Shown here: positions 47,594 to 57,943 of the stretch, in pieces
Layout: each line of letters begins with the position of its first letter
Numbering within the stretch: position 1 is the stretch's first letter
Assembly: GCA_963823555.1 (NCBI GenBank)
Contig: CAWGMA010000004.1
Location: forward strand, 512,001-576,000
Length of the DNA stretch: 64,000 nt
Source: Candidatus Eiseniibacteriota bacterium
GTDB taxonomy: Bacteria > Eisenbacteria > RBG-16-71-46 > CAVPCR01
Direction of reading: 5' to 3'
Program-made: the position numbers and the translations under genes
The notes under the pieces: model-generated
Told to the model about the DNA's origin: nothing
The model's database searches: none
Seen by the model: only the letters and a program-made list of their open reading frames with translations

Positions 47594-50500
47594 ATGCGAC
47601 TCTTCGCATCCTCCGCCGTGCTCGCCTTTGCTCTCGCGCTGGCCCATCCGGCGGCAGCCGCCCCCGGTTACCTGCGCTACCCCGACATCCTGGGCAACAT
47701 GATCGTGTTCGTCGCCGAGTCCGATCTCTGGTTGACGTCCGATCGGGGCGGTGCCAGCCGCCGCTTGACCACCTACGAGGGCAGTGAGTACTTCCCCCGC
47801 TTCTCGCCGGACGGCCTCGAGATCGCGTTCACCGGCGAGTACGACGGCAACCGTGATGTCTACTTGGTCGCCATCGGCGGTGGCGAGCCGCGTCGCCTCA
47901 CCTGGCATCCGGGATCCGACGATGTCGTGGGCTGGACCCCCGATGGGGCGCATGTGCTCTTCCGTTCCAGTCGGGACCATCCGCAGGGAAGCACCGAGCT
48001 CTTCTCGGTGCCGCGCGCCGGAGGCGACCCGGAGAAGATGCCGCTCGGCTACGCGGGGCTCATCGACATCGACCGCTCGAGCGGCATGTGGGCCTTCACC
48101 CGCAGCACCTATTCCGAGGCGGCCTCATGGAAGCGCTACCGCGGCGGTTCAGCCACCGACATCTGGGTGGGCCATCCGGAACGGGACGACTTCAAGAAGG
48201 TGACGACCTTTCCCGGGCCCGACGGCTTTCCGATGTGGCATGCGGGGCGCATCTACTTCCTCACCGACCAGGGAGGCACGGCCAACATCTGGTCGATGCG
48301 TCCCGACGGCTCCGACCGCCGGCAGCACACCGATCTCGGGCCGTGGGACGCTCGCTACCCGGCCATGGGGCCGGATGGTCGCATCGTCTTCATGCTCGGC
48401 GGCGATATCCATCTCTTCGATCCGGCGACCAATGAGGAGCGCAAGCTGGAGATCGATGTGCCCAGCGAACGCACCTTGACGCGCGTCCGCTATCCCGGTG
48501 CCGAGCGCTATGTCGAGTGGTTCGATCTGGCTCCCGATGGTGATCGTGTCGCCCTGGTCGCCCGTGGCGAGCTGTTCGTGATCCCGGTCAAGAAGGATGG
48601 AGTGGGAGGTGTGACGCTGGGGATTTCCCGCGGCAGCGGCGCCCGGGAGAAAGTCGCTCGCTTCGATGCCACGGGTGAGCATCTGCTCTACGTGAGCGAC
48701 ACGACCCGCGAGGAGCGGATCTACTCCATCGATGCCTGGGGGCGGGGGGAGGCCCGTGGCGTCACGCCCGACCGCGAGGACACGGGCTGGCACTACGCGC
48801 CGCTCTTTTCTCCAGACGGCAAGTGGATTGCCTACAGCGACAACACGCAGACGCTGTGGATTGTCCCCGCCGCCGGCGGCGAGCCCAGACGCGTGGACCA
48901 GAGCGAGCAGATGGAGATCCTCCAGTACGCCTGGAGCCCCGATGGCCGCTGGCTGGCCTACGCCAAGGCCGGGCGCACCGAGTTCTCCTCGATCTACATC
49001 CATGACGTGCGTCGGACCGAGACCCATGCCGTCACCGGACCCTCGACCAGCGACTGGTGGCCGACCTGGGATCCCGAGGGCCGCTATCTCTACTTCCTCT
49101 CGGAGCGCATCGTGGATCCGGTCCTGGGCCTCGGATCCCGCGACTTCTCCAACGTCGAGCTCGGCACCATGAAGCCCTATCTCCTTCTCCTCCGCAAGGA
49201 CGCCAAGGACCCATTCGCGCCCCTGGCCGGCCTCCCGGAGAGCGAGTCCGAGAAGAAGGAGCGCAAGGAAGAGGAGAAGAAGAAGCACGAACGAGAGGAG
49301 GAGGGGGCCGAGCGCGAGGTCGAAGCGGTCGAGATCGACTTCGATGGACTTGCCGGGCGCACGGTCGAGATCCCGATCGATGCCGGCCAGTATGCCGGAC
49401 TTGCGGCCACGGCCGACAAGATCTTCTACCTCTCGGTCCCGGTCGAAGGCATGAGCGAGCAATCCGACGAGGAAAAGCCCAACAAGGATCTCTTCTTCTA
49501 CGATCTCAAGGCCAAGGAGGAGATTGCCTTCATGGAGGGGGTGATGAGCTACACCCTGGCCGCCCGCGCCAACAAGCTCGCGGTGATGAAGAAGAAGGGC
49601 GAGATCTATGTCGTCGATGCCGAGGTGACACCGGAGGTCGAGGATCTCGAGCAGGGGAAGCTCGACCTCGGGAATGTGGTGATCGAGCTCGATCCGCGCG
49701 AGGAATGGGCGCAGATCTTCTACGAGTCGTGGCGTCTCGAGCGTGATTTCTACTGGGACCAGAGCATGGGTGGGGTCGACTGGCGCGCGATGCGCGATCA
49801 ATACGCCACGCTCCTGCCCCGCCTCGGCAGTCGGAGCGATCTGCGCGACCTCATGGCCGAGATGATCGGCGAGCTCTCGACGTCGCACACCTACGTCTGG
49901 GGTGGGGACAGCGGGGTCCAGGTGCCGGCGGTGGCCACCGGACTCCTCGGCGCCGACGTCGCCCGCGAGGGGGAGTTCTTCAAGGTCGCGCGCATCTACC
50001 ACGGTGATCCCGCCGACCAGGTGCGCTCACCGCTCCTCGAGCCGGGAGTGGAGGTGAAGGAAGGCGATTACGTCCTCGCCGTGAATCGCCGGCCGTTCAC
50101 TCCCGGCGAGCCGTTCCTGGCGAGCCTCGCCGGTTTCGATGAGAAGCCGGTGATCCTCACCGTCAACTCGCGCCCGAGCCGTGATGGGGCGCGCGATGTC
50201 GTCGTCACGCCGCTCAAGAACGAACGCGACCTGCGCTATGCGGACTGGGTACGGCGGAATCGCGAGTACGTCGCGGAGAAGACCGGCGGCAAGATCGGCT
50301 ACATCCACCTGCCCGACATGGACACGGCCGGCCTCACGCAGTTCGACACCTGGTTCTATCCGCAGCTCGACAAGGAGGGCATGATCGTCGATGCGCGCTG
50401 GAACGGCGGCGGCTTCGTCTCACAGCTCATTCTCGAGCGGCTCAGGCGGAAGATCGTGAGCTTCGACCGCTCGCGGGCTGGCGGGGTCTACTCCTATCCC

Positions 50501-50920
50501 TACCGCACGCTCAACGGGCCGTTCGTCGTCCTCACCAACGAGTTCGCCGGTTCGGACGGCGACATCTTCCCGATGGCGGTGCAGCTCGAGAAGCTGGCGC
50601 CCGTGATCGGCACCCGCTCCTGGGGTGGGGTCGTGGGCATCCGGGGCGACAAGCCGCTCGTCGACGGCGGGATGCTCACCCAGCCCGAATACGCGTGGTG
50701 GGATCCGCACCTGGGCTGGGGTCTCGAGAACCGCGGCGTCGTGCCGGACATCGAGATCGACAACCTGCCGCAGGAAGTAGCACGCGGGATCGACAGCCAG
50801 CTCGATCGCGGCATCCAGGAGGTGCTGCGATTGCACGAGGTCTCGCCGCCGGTGAAGCCGGAGTTCGGTCCCGTGAGGCCGCGTTCGCGCGATGCCTACA
50901 GGCCCGAGCTGGGATCGTGA
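47594..50920 (+). CDS. Tricorn protease homolog (S41 family, beta-propellers plus PDZ)
   Basis: Signal peptide; GYLRYPD, WSPDG repeats, TSHTY, GYIHLPDM, DARWNGGG, GSDGD and TRSWGG. Confidence 0.94.
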   Translation: MRLFASSAVLAFALALAHPAAAAPGYLRYPDILGNMIVFVAESDLWLTSDRGGASRRLTTYEGSEYFPRFSPDGLEIAFTGEYDGNRDVYLVAIGGGEPRRLTWHPGSDDVVGWTPDGAHVLFRSSRDHPQGSTELFSVPRAGGDPEKMPLGYAGLIDIDRSSGMWAFTRSTYSEAASWKRYRGGSATDIWVGHPERDDFKKVTTFPGPDGFPMWHAGRIYFLTDQGGTANIWSMRPDGSDRRQHTDLGPWDARYPAMGPDGRIVFMLGGDIHLFDPATNEERKLEIDVPSERTLTRVRYPGAERYVEWFDLAPDGDRVALVARGELFVIPVKKDGVGGVTLGISRGSGAREKVARFDATGEHLLYVSDTTREERIYSIDAWGRGEARGVTPDREDTGWHYAPLFSPDGKWIAYSDNTQTLWIVPAAGGEPRRVDQSEQMEILQYAWSPDGRWLAYAKAGRTEFSSIYIHDVRRTETHAVTGPSTSDWWPTWDPEGRYLYFLSERIVDPVLGLGSRDFSNVELGTMKPYLLLLRKDAKDPFAPLAGLPESESEKKERKEEEKKKHEREEEGAEREVEAVEIDFDGLAGRTVEIPIDAGQYAGLAATADKIFYLSVPVEGMSEQSDEEKPNKDLFFYDLKAKEEIAFMEGVMSYTLAARANKLAVMKKKGEIYVVDAEVTPEVEDLEQGKLDLGNVVIELDPREEWAQIFYESWRLERDFYWDQSMGGVDWRAMRDQYATLLPRLGSRSDLRDLMAEMIGELSTSHTYVWGGDSGVQVPAVATGLLGADVAREGEFFKVARIYHGDPADQVRSPLLEPGVEVKEGDYVLAVNRRPFTPGEPFLASLAGFDEKPVILTVNSRPSRDGARDVVVTPLKNERDLRYADWVRRNREYVAEKTGGKIGYIHLPDMDTAGLTQFDTWFYPQLDKEGMIVDARWNGGGFVSQLILERLRRKIVSFDRSRAGGVYSYPYRTLNGPFVVLTNEFAGSDGDIFPMAVQLEKLAPVIGTRSWGGVVGIRGDKPLVDGGMLTQPEYAWWDPHLGWGLENRGVVPDIEIDNLPQEVARGIDSQLDRGIQEVLRLHEVSPPVKPEFGPVRPRSRDAYRPELGS

Positions 50921-51018
50921 GGAGCGAGATGAAGGGTTGCCGCCGGCGTTTCATCTGGCCCGCCCCGGTGGAATGAGGTCCGGACGCTCGCCCGTCCGCT
51001 CGCGAAGTCCGGCCCCCT

Positions 51019-51942
51019 TCACTCCCCGCGGCGCCAGCGCTGGAAGGAGCCGCCCAGGGCGCCGATCGTGCGCGCGGTGCTCACCGCCGCGAGCATGGCG
51101 TCTGGCCTCCGGGTCGCCGTCTTCCCCAGCGTCGAAGCAACTTCCAGCGCTGCTTGCTTGACCAGGAACAGCGGCACTCCGAACAGGGCCCGATCGAACT
51201 TCTCCTGCTCGAAGCGCCCGAACTTGATCCCCGCCAGCAGATTCAGGTGCAGGAAATACCGGCGGTTCATCTTCTCGCAACCAACCCAGTGCTCGATCAC
51301 CATGTCGGGCCGGTACCGCATGCGGGCCCGCTGATCGACGAGGAGGCGGAACATGACGGCATCCGACCCACCTCCCACACCTCTTCCCGCCCGGTTGTAC
51401 CGCGGGTCGAAGCGGAGGCCGGAGCGGAATAGCGATAGCCGGTACGCGATGTTGCCGCTCCATACCGGGGTTCGGTAGTCGCGGATCCAGAAGGGCTCAC
51501 CACCATGATCGACGGACCCGAGGTACTTGAGGAGCTCGTCCCGGAGCCAGGCCGGCCGCGGACCGGGAAAGCGAACGCGAATGGGGCCGCCCGCACACTC
51601 GGCGCCCTCGCGATCGAGGGCGTCGACAGCGGCTTCCAGCCATCCCGGGAGAGGCGCTTCATCGGTGTCGATGAACGCGAGATATGCACTATCCGCGGCC
51701 TCGTCGATGGCGCGATTGCGCGCGTAGGGAATGCCCTGTGCTGTCTCCCGCACGACCTTGATCGGGACGGGACCGTTCCGGCTCATTTCGCGGATGAGCT
51801 CGTCGGTTCCATCCGTCGAGTTGTTGTCGACTACGAGGATCTCCCAGGGGCCATCGAGTGTCTGCGCGGCGAGAACCGGCACAAGCTCGGCAAGCCGGTC
51901 CCGGGCGTTGTATGCGCATATGGCCACGGTGATCCGCTTCAT
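51019..51942 (-). CDS. Glycosyltransferase family 2
   Basis: VAICAYN, VVDNNSTDGT, ARN and FIDTD. Confidence 0.92.
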   Translation of the reverse strand: MKRITVAICAYNARDRLAELVPVLAAQTLDGPWEILVVDNNSTDGTDELIREMSRNGPVPIKVVRETAQGIPYARNRAIDEAADSAYLAFIDTDEAPLPGWLEAAVDALDREGAECAGGPIRVRFPGPRPAWLRDELLKYLGSVDHGGEPFWIRDYRTPVWSGNIAYRLSLFRSGLRFDPRYNRAGRGVGGGSDAVMFRLLVDQRARMRYRPDMVIEHWVGCEKMNRRYFLHLNLLAGIKFGRFEQEKFDRALFGVPLFLVKQAALEVASTLGKTATRRPDAMLAAVSTARTIGALGGSFQRWRRGE

Positions 51943-52835
51943 GGTTGCCTGGCGCCCAGTCGCGACTTGAGGTGGCGGATGCCATATCTGGCGACATGCC
52001 GCCAGCCCACGGCGTTCTCGGCAAGCGCCAGCTTGCGGGCGAAGGTCGACAGCGAGTCGTCCCAGGTAACCGCGACCCGACGGATCGTGTAACGGTCGTC
52101 ACCGGCCTCGACGAACCCGGCGCGGGTGGCGCAGGCGCCTTCATAACCCGCCGCGATCACCTGGTGGCGAGCGGGCGCGTTCCATCGTCCGTAGGGGTAG
52201 GCGAAAGTGCGGATCGCCGTCGCCAGGCGATCTTCGAGCTCCCTCTTCGAGCCGGCGATCTCATCGTGTAGATCGTCGCCCACAATCTGCGTGAGATCTC
52301 GATGGCGGCGCCCGTGGGAGCCGATCTCGAAGCCGGCCTGGATCATCTCGGCGAGTTCGTCCCGGGTCAGCAGTTCGCGCTCTCTCCGGCCACCGTTGAC
52401 CCATGGGGCAAGCTGGCCGATGAAGTCCGCCACCACGTACCACGTTCCGGTCATGCGGCGATCGAGGAGCGGACGCACCGCACCCTCGTAATTGTTCCGG
52501 TATCCATCATCGAACGTGATGATCACGCGCTTGGTCCCCCGGGCCTGGCCCGGGATCCAATCGGCGATGCGCGTCGTCTTCCAGCCGGTAGCGATGAGGA
52601 GGTCGAGCTGGTGCGCGAAGGCCCGCGCGCGCACGTCGTAGCGCGTGTTGGGTTGCCCGTCGTGGGCCACCACTCCGTGATACATGAGGGCCACGGTCTT
52701 CCGTCCCTCTCCAGGGCCACCGTCTCGCTCTGATGATGCCTTGAGGAGGAGTTGGGAGACCGGATCGATCATGGTGGAGTTGCTGGAAAGCGGTAACGCC
52801 CTCGGTTCGTCATGATCGGCCGGAGGAAGCGCCAT
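51939..52835 (-). CDS. Polysaccharide deacetylase (NodB/CE4)
   Basis: LMYH, ITFDDGY, GSHG..H and FAYPYG. The true start may be downstream (e.g. 52772). Confidence 0.88.
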   Translation of the reverse strand: MALPPADHDEPRALPLSSNSTMIDPVSQLLLKASSERDGGPGEGRKTVALMYHGVVAHDGQPNTRYDVRARAFAHQLDLLIATGWKTTRIADWIPGQARGTKRVIITFDDGYRNNYEGAVRPLLDRRMTGTWYVVADFIGQLAPWVNGGRRERELLTRDELAEMIQAGFEIGSHGRRHRDLTQIVGDDLHDEIAGSKRELEDRLATAIRTFAYPYGRWNAPARHQVIAAGYEGACATRAGFVEAGDDRYTIRRVAVTWDDSLSTFARKLALAENAVGWRHVARYGIRHLKSRLGARQP

Positions 52836-52918
52836 CTTGAGGCGGAAGAACCGGGCGGCGCGTCCAGCCCGGCCGGAGGGGCTGTCATTCCGCGGCCGGC
52901 CAACAGGTTACCACACGT

Positions 52919-54553
52919 CTAGGGCCCGTGGCTCTGTGCTCCCCGCGCTCGGATCCGCCACAGGTCGCCGTAGACTCGAGTCTCCATCGGCTGAACATCG
53001 TATCTCGTCGTCAGTTCCTCAAGCCACTCCTCGCGACTGCGTCCCGAGATGGCTGCGATCTCTTCCCATCCGCTGGTCGCCGCGGCATCGGCCGCCGTGA
53101 AGACGTTGAGCGCGAAGACGCGCCCCCCGGTCTCGAGCGTCCGGTCGATGGTGTCGAGGAGCGCCTCGTGATAGGCCTCCTTCCCCAGCGGCAAGCCATA
53201 GATCAGGCTCACCGCGCGCGCCTCCCCGAGCGCCTGGAGGTACGGTCCCCAGCCGCCCACGTTGAGTAGCACGTCGGCGGGGTCCACTCGTTCCGCGAAC
53301 AGACGCGCGCGTTGCCAGGACTGGCTGCCGTTCCGATCGAGAAGCGTCGGCACCGGGGTCGGAGCATTGGCGATCGCAAGCGCCAGGGCGGCCGCGACCA
53401 CCGCCAGCGCGGTTCCCGGTGCCGCCGGATGGCCTGAACGCCAACCCCGGGTGCTGCGCACGGCATGAACAGCGCTCCACGTGCCGAGGAAGGGCAAGAG
53501 TGGCAGCCAGAACTGGGGATCACTACCCAGCCACAGGAAGTTGAACAAGGCAACGGGGACGAGCGCCACCCAGGCGGCGAGCCACACCAGGCGCTCCTTC
53601 TCGCCTGGCGGCCGGGCGAGGAGGGGGAGCGTGACGACGAGAGCCAGGAGCGCGCCCAGCGCGAAACGCATCCAATCGAGATCGGGCACCGGCACGGGTG
53701 CCTCCCCAGACAACCTGGCTTTCAGCGCGGTCGTGACCGCCGTGTCCCCGGTGAAGGCGTTGATGAGTCCAGACCCCGCGCGGAGCACGTTGGCGAAGGT
53801 GAGCTCCCCCTGTTCGGGAAGCCGATCGGTGGAGGCGTGGGTCGTCAATTTCTCGATCACGGCCTGGGGGCTCGATCCCACGGCGATCCACGGCACGAGG
53901 ACGAGAGCGACCATGGTCACGAGCGCGCTGGCAACCAGAAAGCCGAGGATGGTCCGGCCACGGGCTCGGGATTCCGTTCCCAGCGTGTTGAAGAGAGCGA
54001 GCGCCGGCATCAGCGCGGCGCAGTTGAGCGCGCACAGGATCGAGAGGGCGGCCGGGATTGCGGGGAGGACGATCCGCCGGCGGGAGCGCGAACGCGCGGC
54101 CAGATTCAGGGTCAGGAGCAGGAAGAAGTTGGCGAGGATGCCGGTCTCGGCCTCGCGGCTGTGGAGCCAGTGCGCAAACGTGGCGGCGAGCGCCAGCGCG
54201 TAGGCGAAGGCGACGGGGAGCGGGACGCCGAGCCGGACGAGCCAGAGCAGGAAGAGTCCGCATGCCGCGGCACCCAGGAGCGAGTTCAACGCCTGGATGG
54301 GAATGAAGGCGGGCCCCCGATAGCCCACGCGGGCGGAGATCGCGAGCGCCAGCCGATCGGCTGGTGTGACGAGGAGGTGATGCGGGTTCAGCTCGAGTGG
54401 CTGAGTGAGCGTGGCCGCAATCTGCGCCATGGCGTCGCCGCTCGCCGGGAGCACGATGGGCATCGTGAGCGCATACAGGGCGAGGACGAGCCCCGAGGCA
54501 ACGAGCGCAAGGGCCACGCTGGCGGCCGTGGCTGGCAGGGGCCACCGGTTCAT
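52919..54553 (-). CDS. Multi-pass membrane protein, GT-C/ArnT-like glycosyltransferase candidate
   Basis: About 11 TM helices, an SGD in the first loop, PHH and HSREAE; lies beside the GT2 and deacetylase genes. Confidence 0.65.
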   Translation of the reverse strand: MNRWPLPATAASVALALVASGLVLALYALTMPIVLPASGDAMAQIAATLTQPLELNPHHLLVTPADRLALAISARVGYRGPAFIPIQALNSLLGAAACGLFLLWLVRLGVPLPVAFAYALALAATFAHWLHSREAETGILANFFLLLTLNLAARSRSRRRIVLPAIPAALSILCALNCAALMPALALFNTLGTESRARGRTILGFLVASALVTMVALVLVPWIAVGSSPQAVIEKLTTHASTDRLPEQGELTFANVLRAGSGLINAFTGDTAVTTALKARLSGEAPVPVPDLDWMRFALGALLALVVTLPLLARPPGEKERLVWLAAWVALVPVALFNFLWLGSDPQFWLPLLPFLGTWSAVHAVRSTRGWRSGHPAAPGTALAVVAAALALAIANAPTPVPTLLDRNGSQSWQRARLFAERVDPADVLLNVGGWGPYLQALGEARAVSLIYGLPLGKEAYHEALLDTIDRTLETGGRVFALNVFTAADAAATSGWEEIAAISGRSREEWLEELTTRYDVQPMETRVYGDLWRIRARGAQSHGP

Positions 54554-54998
54554 CGCGCCGCAGTCTACCAGCTGGCAACAGGTTGGGCCATCGGCCGGGG
54601 AGCCGGGAGTGGATTCGGGTCGCCCTCTTGACGTCCGGGGCCGGGTTCGGTATACCCGGCCACCGCCAGGACATTGGAGTCCAAGAACCGGCAGACACCT
54701 CGCTTCAGCCATCATCCTTTCCGGGGAAGTCACTCCTGGCGCGGAATGTGCGACTCCGAGTGGAAGGACCTGGATCGAGCGGCCAATGGAGCAGGTGGTG
54801 CAGTGCCCCCACCAACCCGCTACCAAGGGGGATGTGGAGGGAGAGCGACCTTGAGATGTCGCTTCCTGTTCCGATTGTGATCGGCTCGCGGCCCCAGAGC
54901 CGCAAACGTGAACCCCTCCGGAGGTCGACCCTCCTCGTTCCGCCCTATCGCTGTTGCCATTCCCAGGCCTGGTCGTTCGGACTCGAGGCTGAGGGCCC

Positions 54999-55850
54999 AT
55001 GGCGATCAAACGATTCCTGATTCAGAGCGTCTCCGAGGCCGCCCGCGCCAACGCCACCGGGCAGGATGTGAGCGTTTGGGATGAGTGGTGGCAGCGCCAG
55101 TACGCGGGGCTGCCCCTCCGCGAGCGCATCGAGCGCGGCGTGGCCTCGGTCGAGCACGATCCGATCCTCCCTTATATTCTCGAGAACCTCTCCCTCGGGG
55201 ATCGAGTGCTGGAGGCCGGCTGCGGTCTCGCCCGGTTCGTGATCTACCTGCATCGCCAGGGCCATGACGTCACCGGTGTCGATTTCTCGCAGGCGACGGT
55301 GCGCACACTCCTCGGCTTCGACCCCTCGCTCGCGGTCGAAGTGGCCGATGTCAAGAAGCTGCCCTATGCCGACGGCACCTTCGATATCTACCTCTCGATC
55401 GGCGTCGTCGAGCACTTCGAGGAGGGACCCGCCGCCGCCCTGGCCGAGGCCTACCGCGTGCTGCGGCCAGGCGGTCGGCTCATCCTCCAGGTGCCGTGCG
55501 GGAATCTGCTCGCCCGCTTCCTGCAACGACCCTGGGATTCCGCCTGGCGGCGGGTGATGCGGACCCCGCTCGTTCGCCGCATGGCCCACCGTTCGCCACG
55601 GGCGGCGGAGCGATTCTTCCAGTACGAGTACTCACCGCGGGAGATGGCGCGCTTCGTTCGCGCCGCCGGGTTCAGACAGGAGAGGCTCGTCCCCTACTTC
55701 CACGAGGCCGGGCTGGTGGCAGCGCTCGGTCTCCGTGCGGTGCTGGGCACGCACTACCGGTTGTTGCCCGTCGTCATCGCCGCGCGCGGCATGCGCTGCC
55801 TGTCGCCGTGGCTGACGCCGGCGCATCTGCTTGTCCTGGCCCGCCGTTGA
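54999..55850 (+). CDS. Class I SAM-dependent methyltransferase
   Basis: VLEAGCGLA, GVDFS, LPY.DGTFD, VVEH and RVLRPGG. Confidence 0.9.
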   Translation: MAIKRFLIQSVSEAARANATGQDVSVWDEWWQRQYAGLPLRERIERGVASVEHDPILPYILENLSLGDRVLEAGCGLARFVIYLHRQGHDVTGVDFSQATVRTLLGFDPSLAVEVADVKKLPYADGTFDIYLSIGVVEHFEEGPAAALAEAYRVLRPGGRLILQVPCGNLLARFLQRPWDSAWRRVMRTPLVRRMAHRSPRAAERFFQYEYSPREMARFVRAAGFRQERLVPYFHEAGLVAALGLRAVLGTHYRLLPVVIAARGMRCLSPWLTPAHLLVLARR

Positions 55851-55889
55851 CCGCGCCCCCGCGCGGTCGGCGATGTTGCGGCGGCAGCG

Positions 55890-57496
55890 CTAGCGGCTGA
55901 TCACGACCTTCCGGGTCGCGGCGGTCCTCTGGCCTTCGGCGCGAAGCAGGTAGATCCCGCTGGGGAGGTCGGCAAAGCCGAGCCGGACCCCCATCGAGCC
56001 TGTCGCATCGACCATGATCTCTCTCCGGCTCACCGCGCGGCCCGAGACGTCGAACAAGGTCAGGCGGACCGGCGCTTCCTCGAGAGCCTCCAGCGTGACG
56101 CGCGCATGATCCCGAGCTGGATTGGGGCTGATGTTCGTGATGGTCAGCGCCTCGAGGGCGGGTGCGTCGGCCGCCTCGAGGAGATCCGCCGTCGGCAACG
56201 GATCGGCGAGACTCGCCAGGGTCGCGATGCCGGCGCGGGCGCAGTTCGTGCCGAAGGGGAAGTAAGACTGGTAGTTGATCAGGAGATCGCTCGTCCGGTG
56301 GTAATGGGGATTGCCGGACAGATAGATCTCGATGCCCTCGATGGCGCGATAGCCCACCTGCCAGAAGGAGTAGTGGTCGCTCCCCGACGAGCTCGGGGAA
56401 TAGACGAGGCTCACGTTCAGGTCGGGTACGTAGCTTGCCGCCGCCGTGCCGAAGGCCTGGGCGATGGGAAATGAGTTGCTGTTGTAGACGATCTTGATCG
56501 AGTCATGGCCGATGGGGCCGAACAGCAACATGTCCAGATTGACCACGCCGCGAATGAGATCCCCGTTGGCGGCCGCGGCGGCCGCGTAGACCCGGCTACC
56601 GCACAGGCCCTGTTCTTCGGCGCCGAAGCAGATGAAGCGCACCGTGTACTTGAAATCGTAGGCCGCCATCACCCGCGCCGCCTCGAGCACGGTGGCCGAG
56701 CCGCTGGCGTTGTCGTCGGCTCCCGGCGCGACCGCCTCGGGGGTCGAGGGGCTGCCGGCCGTCGAGTCGAGATGGCCGCAGATGATGAAGACGGAATCCG
56801 GATAGACGGCTCCCGGCTTCTCTGCAACCACGTTCCAGCAAGTGAAGTCCGCTCCCGACCACGGGTCGGCGACATATTCCTCGATCTCGGCCGGAATGCC
56901 GTAGGACTCGAAGACATCGTGAGCGTAGAGGCAGGCATTCATGAAGTTCGTGTGACGGGCATTGCGCGTGGTGAAGTCCTCCAGGTCCTGGATGACTCCC
57001 TGATAGCTGGCATCGCTGACCGCCGCGACGATATCGGCGACCAGATCGGGGTGGGCCGGGCTCGGGAGGGGCGACACGGCCTCCAGGGCGGCTCCCAGCT
57101 GCATCGTACGCAGCTCGACCACTCCCCGGATGCCATCGAGCCGGAAGTCTGGAGCGATGTCGCCTTCCTGCCTGACGATGAGCGCGAGATCCCGCGCGAA
57201 GAGGATGCGGCCGAGACGTTCCGCCGTGGACCGGCCTGCAGGGGAAACGAGCTCGACCTTGAGGTAGCGGGCGGCGCCGATCTCGCCGCGATCGAGGATG
57301 GTGTGGGGGGGAGGATGTCGAGGCGGTCCCCGGCGACCTTGGCGATCAGGTAGTCGGTCCCCACATCGAGGACTTCCACTTCGTCGAGCCAGGCTTCACC
57401 CTGGGTCTCGCGGATATCGGTGTCGATCGCCACCAGGCAGTCCGGCGGCTGGATCGCGGTCACGAGGAGAGGAAGAGCCAGAAGCAAACCGAGCAT
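55890..57496 (-). CDS. Secreted M28 family metallopeptidase with a C-terminal secretion-sorting domain; frameshifted at a C7 run (57305-57311)
   Basis: GGAGG RBS, ATG 57496 and a signal peptide. Catalytic frame has GHLDS, GADDNASG, EEQGL, LDM, SDH and YH; C-terminus SPNP...FDVSGR...LPSGIY...TRKVV. Confidence 0.82.
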
Positions 57497-57544
57497 CACG
57501 ACCTCCGTGGCGTTGAGGTCCTTGAAGGCGCGGCCTGTCCCATC

Positions 57545-57550
57545 ATTATA
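57545..57550 (-). promoter_or_regulatory. -10 element for the M28 peptidase
   Basis: Perfect TATAAT in GC-rich DNA about 50 nt upstream of the start. Confidence 0.5.
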
Positions 57551-57943
57551 GAACAAACCGGCGGCGCCGGGCCGGACGCCTTGGCCCTGCGGTTCTCCTG
57601 GGCTTTGCTTTCGCCTGGTCCCGGTGCTAGTCTACCGTCCGGCGGTTTTTTCTATCCCCAGGCAATTGCATTTGTCCGAAAGCGGCTCGATATCCCAGTC
57701 GCGGCCAGGAACGGCCGCCGCGGGTTTCCCGGGTAGGACACCCGCACACCCGAAGTCCCGGAGCTTTCCCATTCGTCTTCGCGGATTACCCGACTGGGGA
57801 TCGCTTCTTGCTCGCTCGGCCTGGGGCCATGCCCAATCCGGCTGCCCGACCGCCTGCCGCCCGAGCAGCGTCTGTTTAAGGAGCATCTTGCCATGAGCGG
57901 CGCTACCACCTTGGCCGGTCCTTCCGATGTGAGGAAAGACTCC

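Noticed and set aside
54560..54990. 430-nt intergenic region as a possible riboswitch or ncRNA
   Set aside because: No recognisable riboswitch consensus or convincing ORF; may be divergent promoters or decayed sequence.
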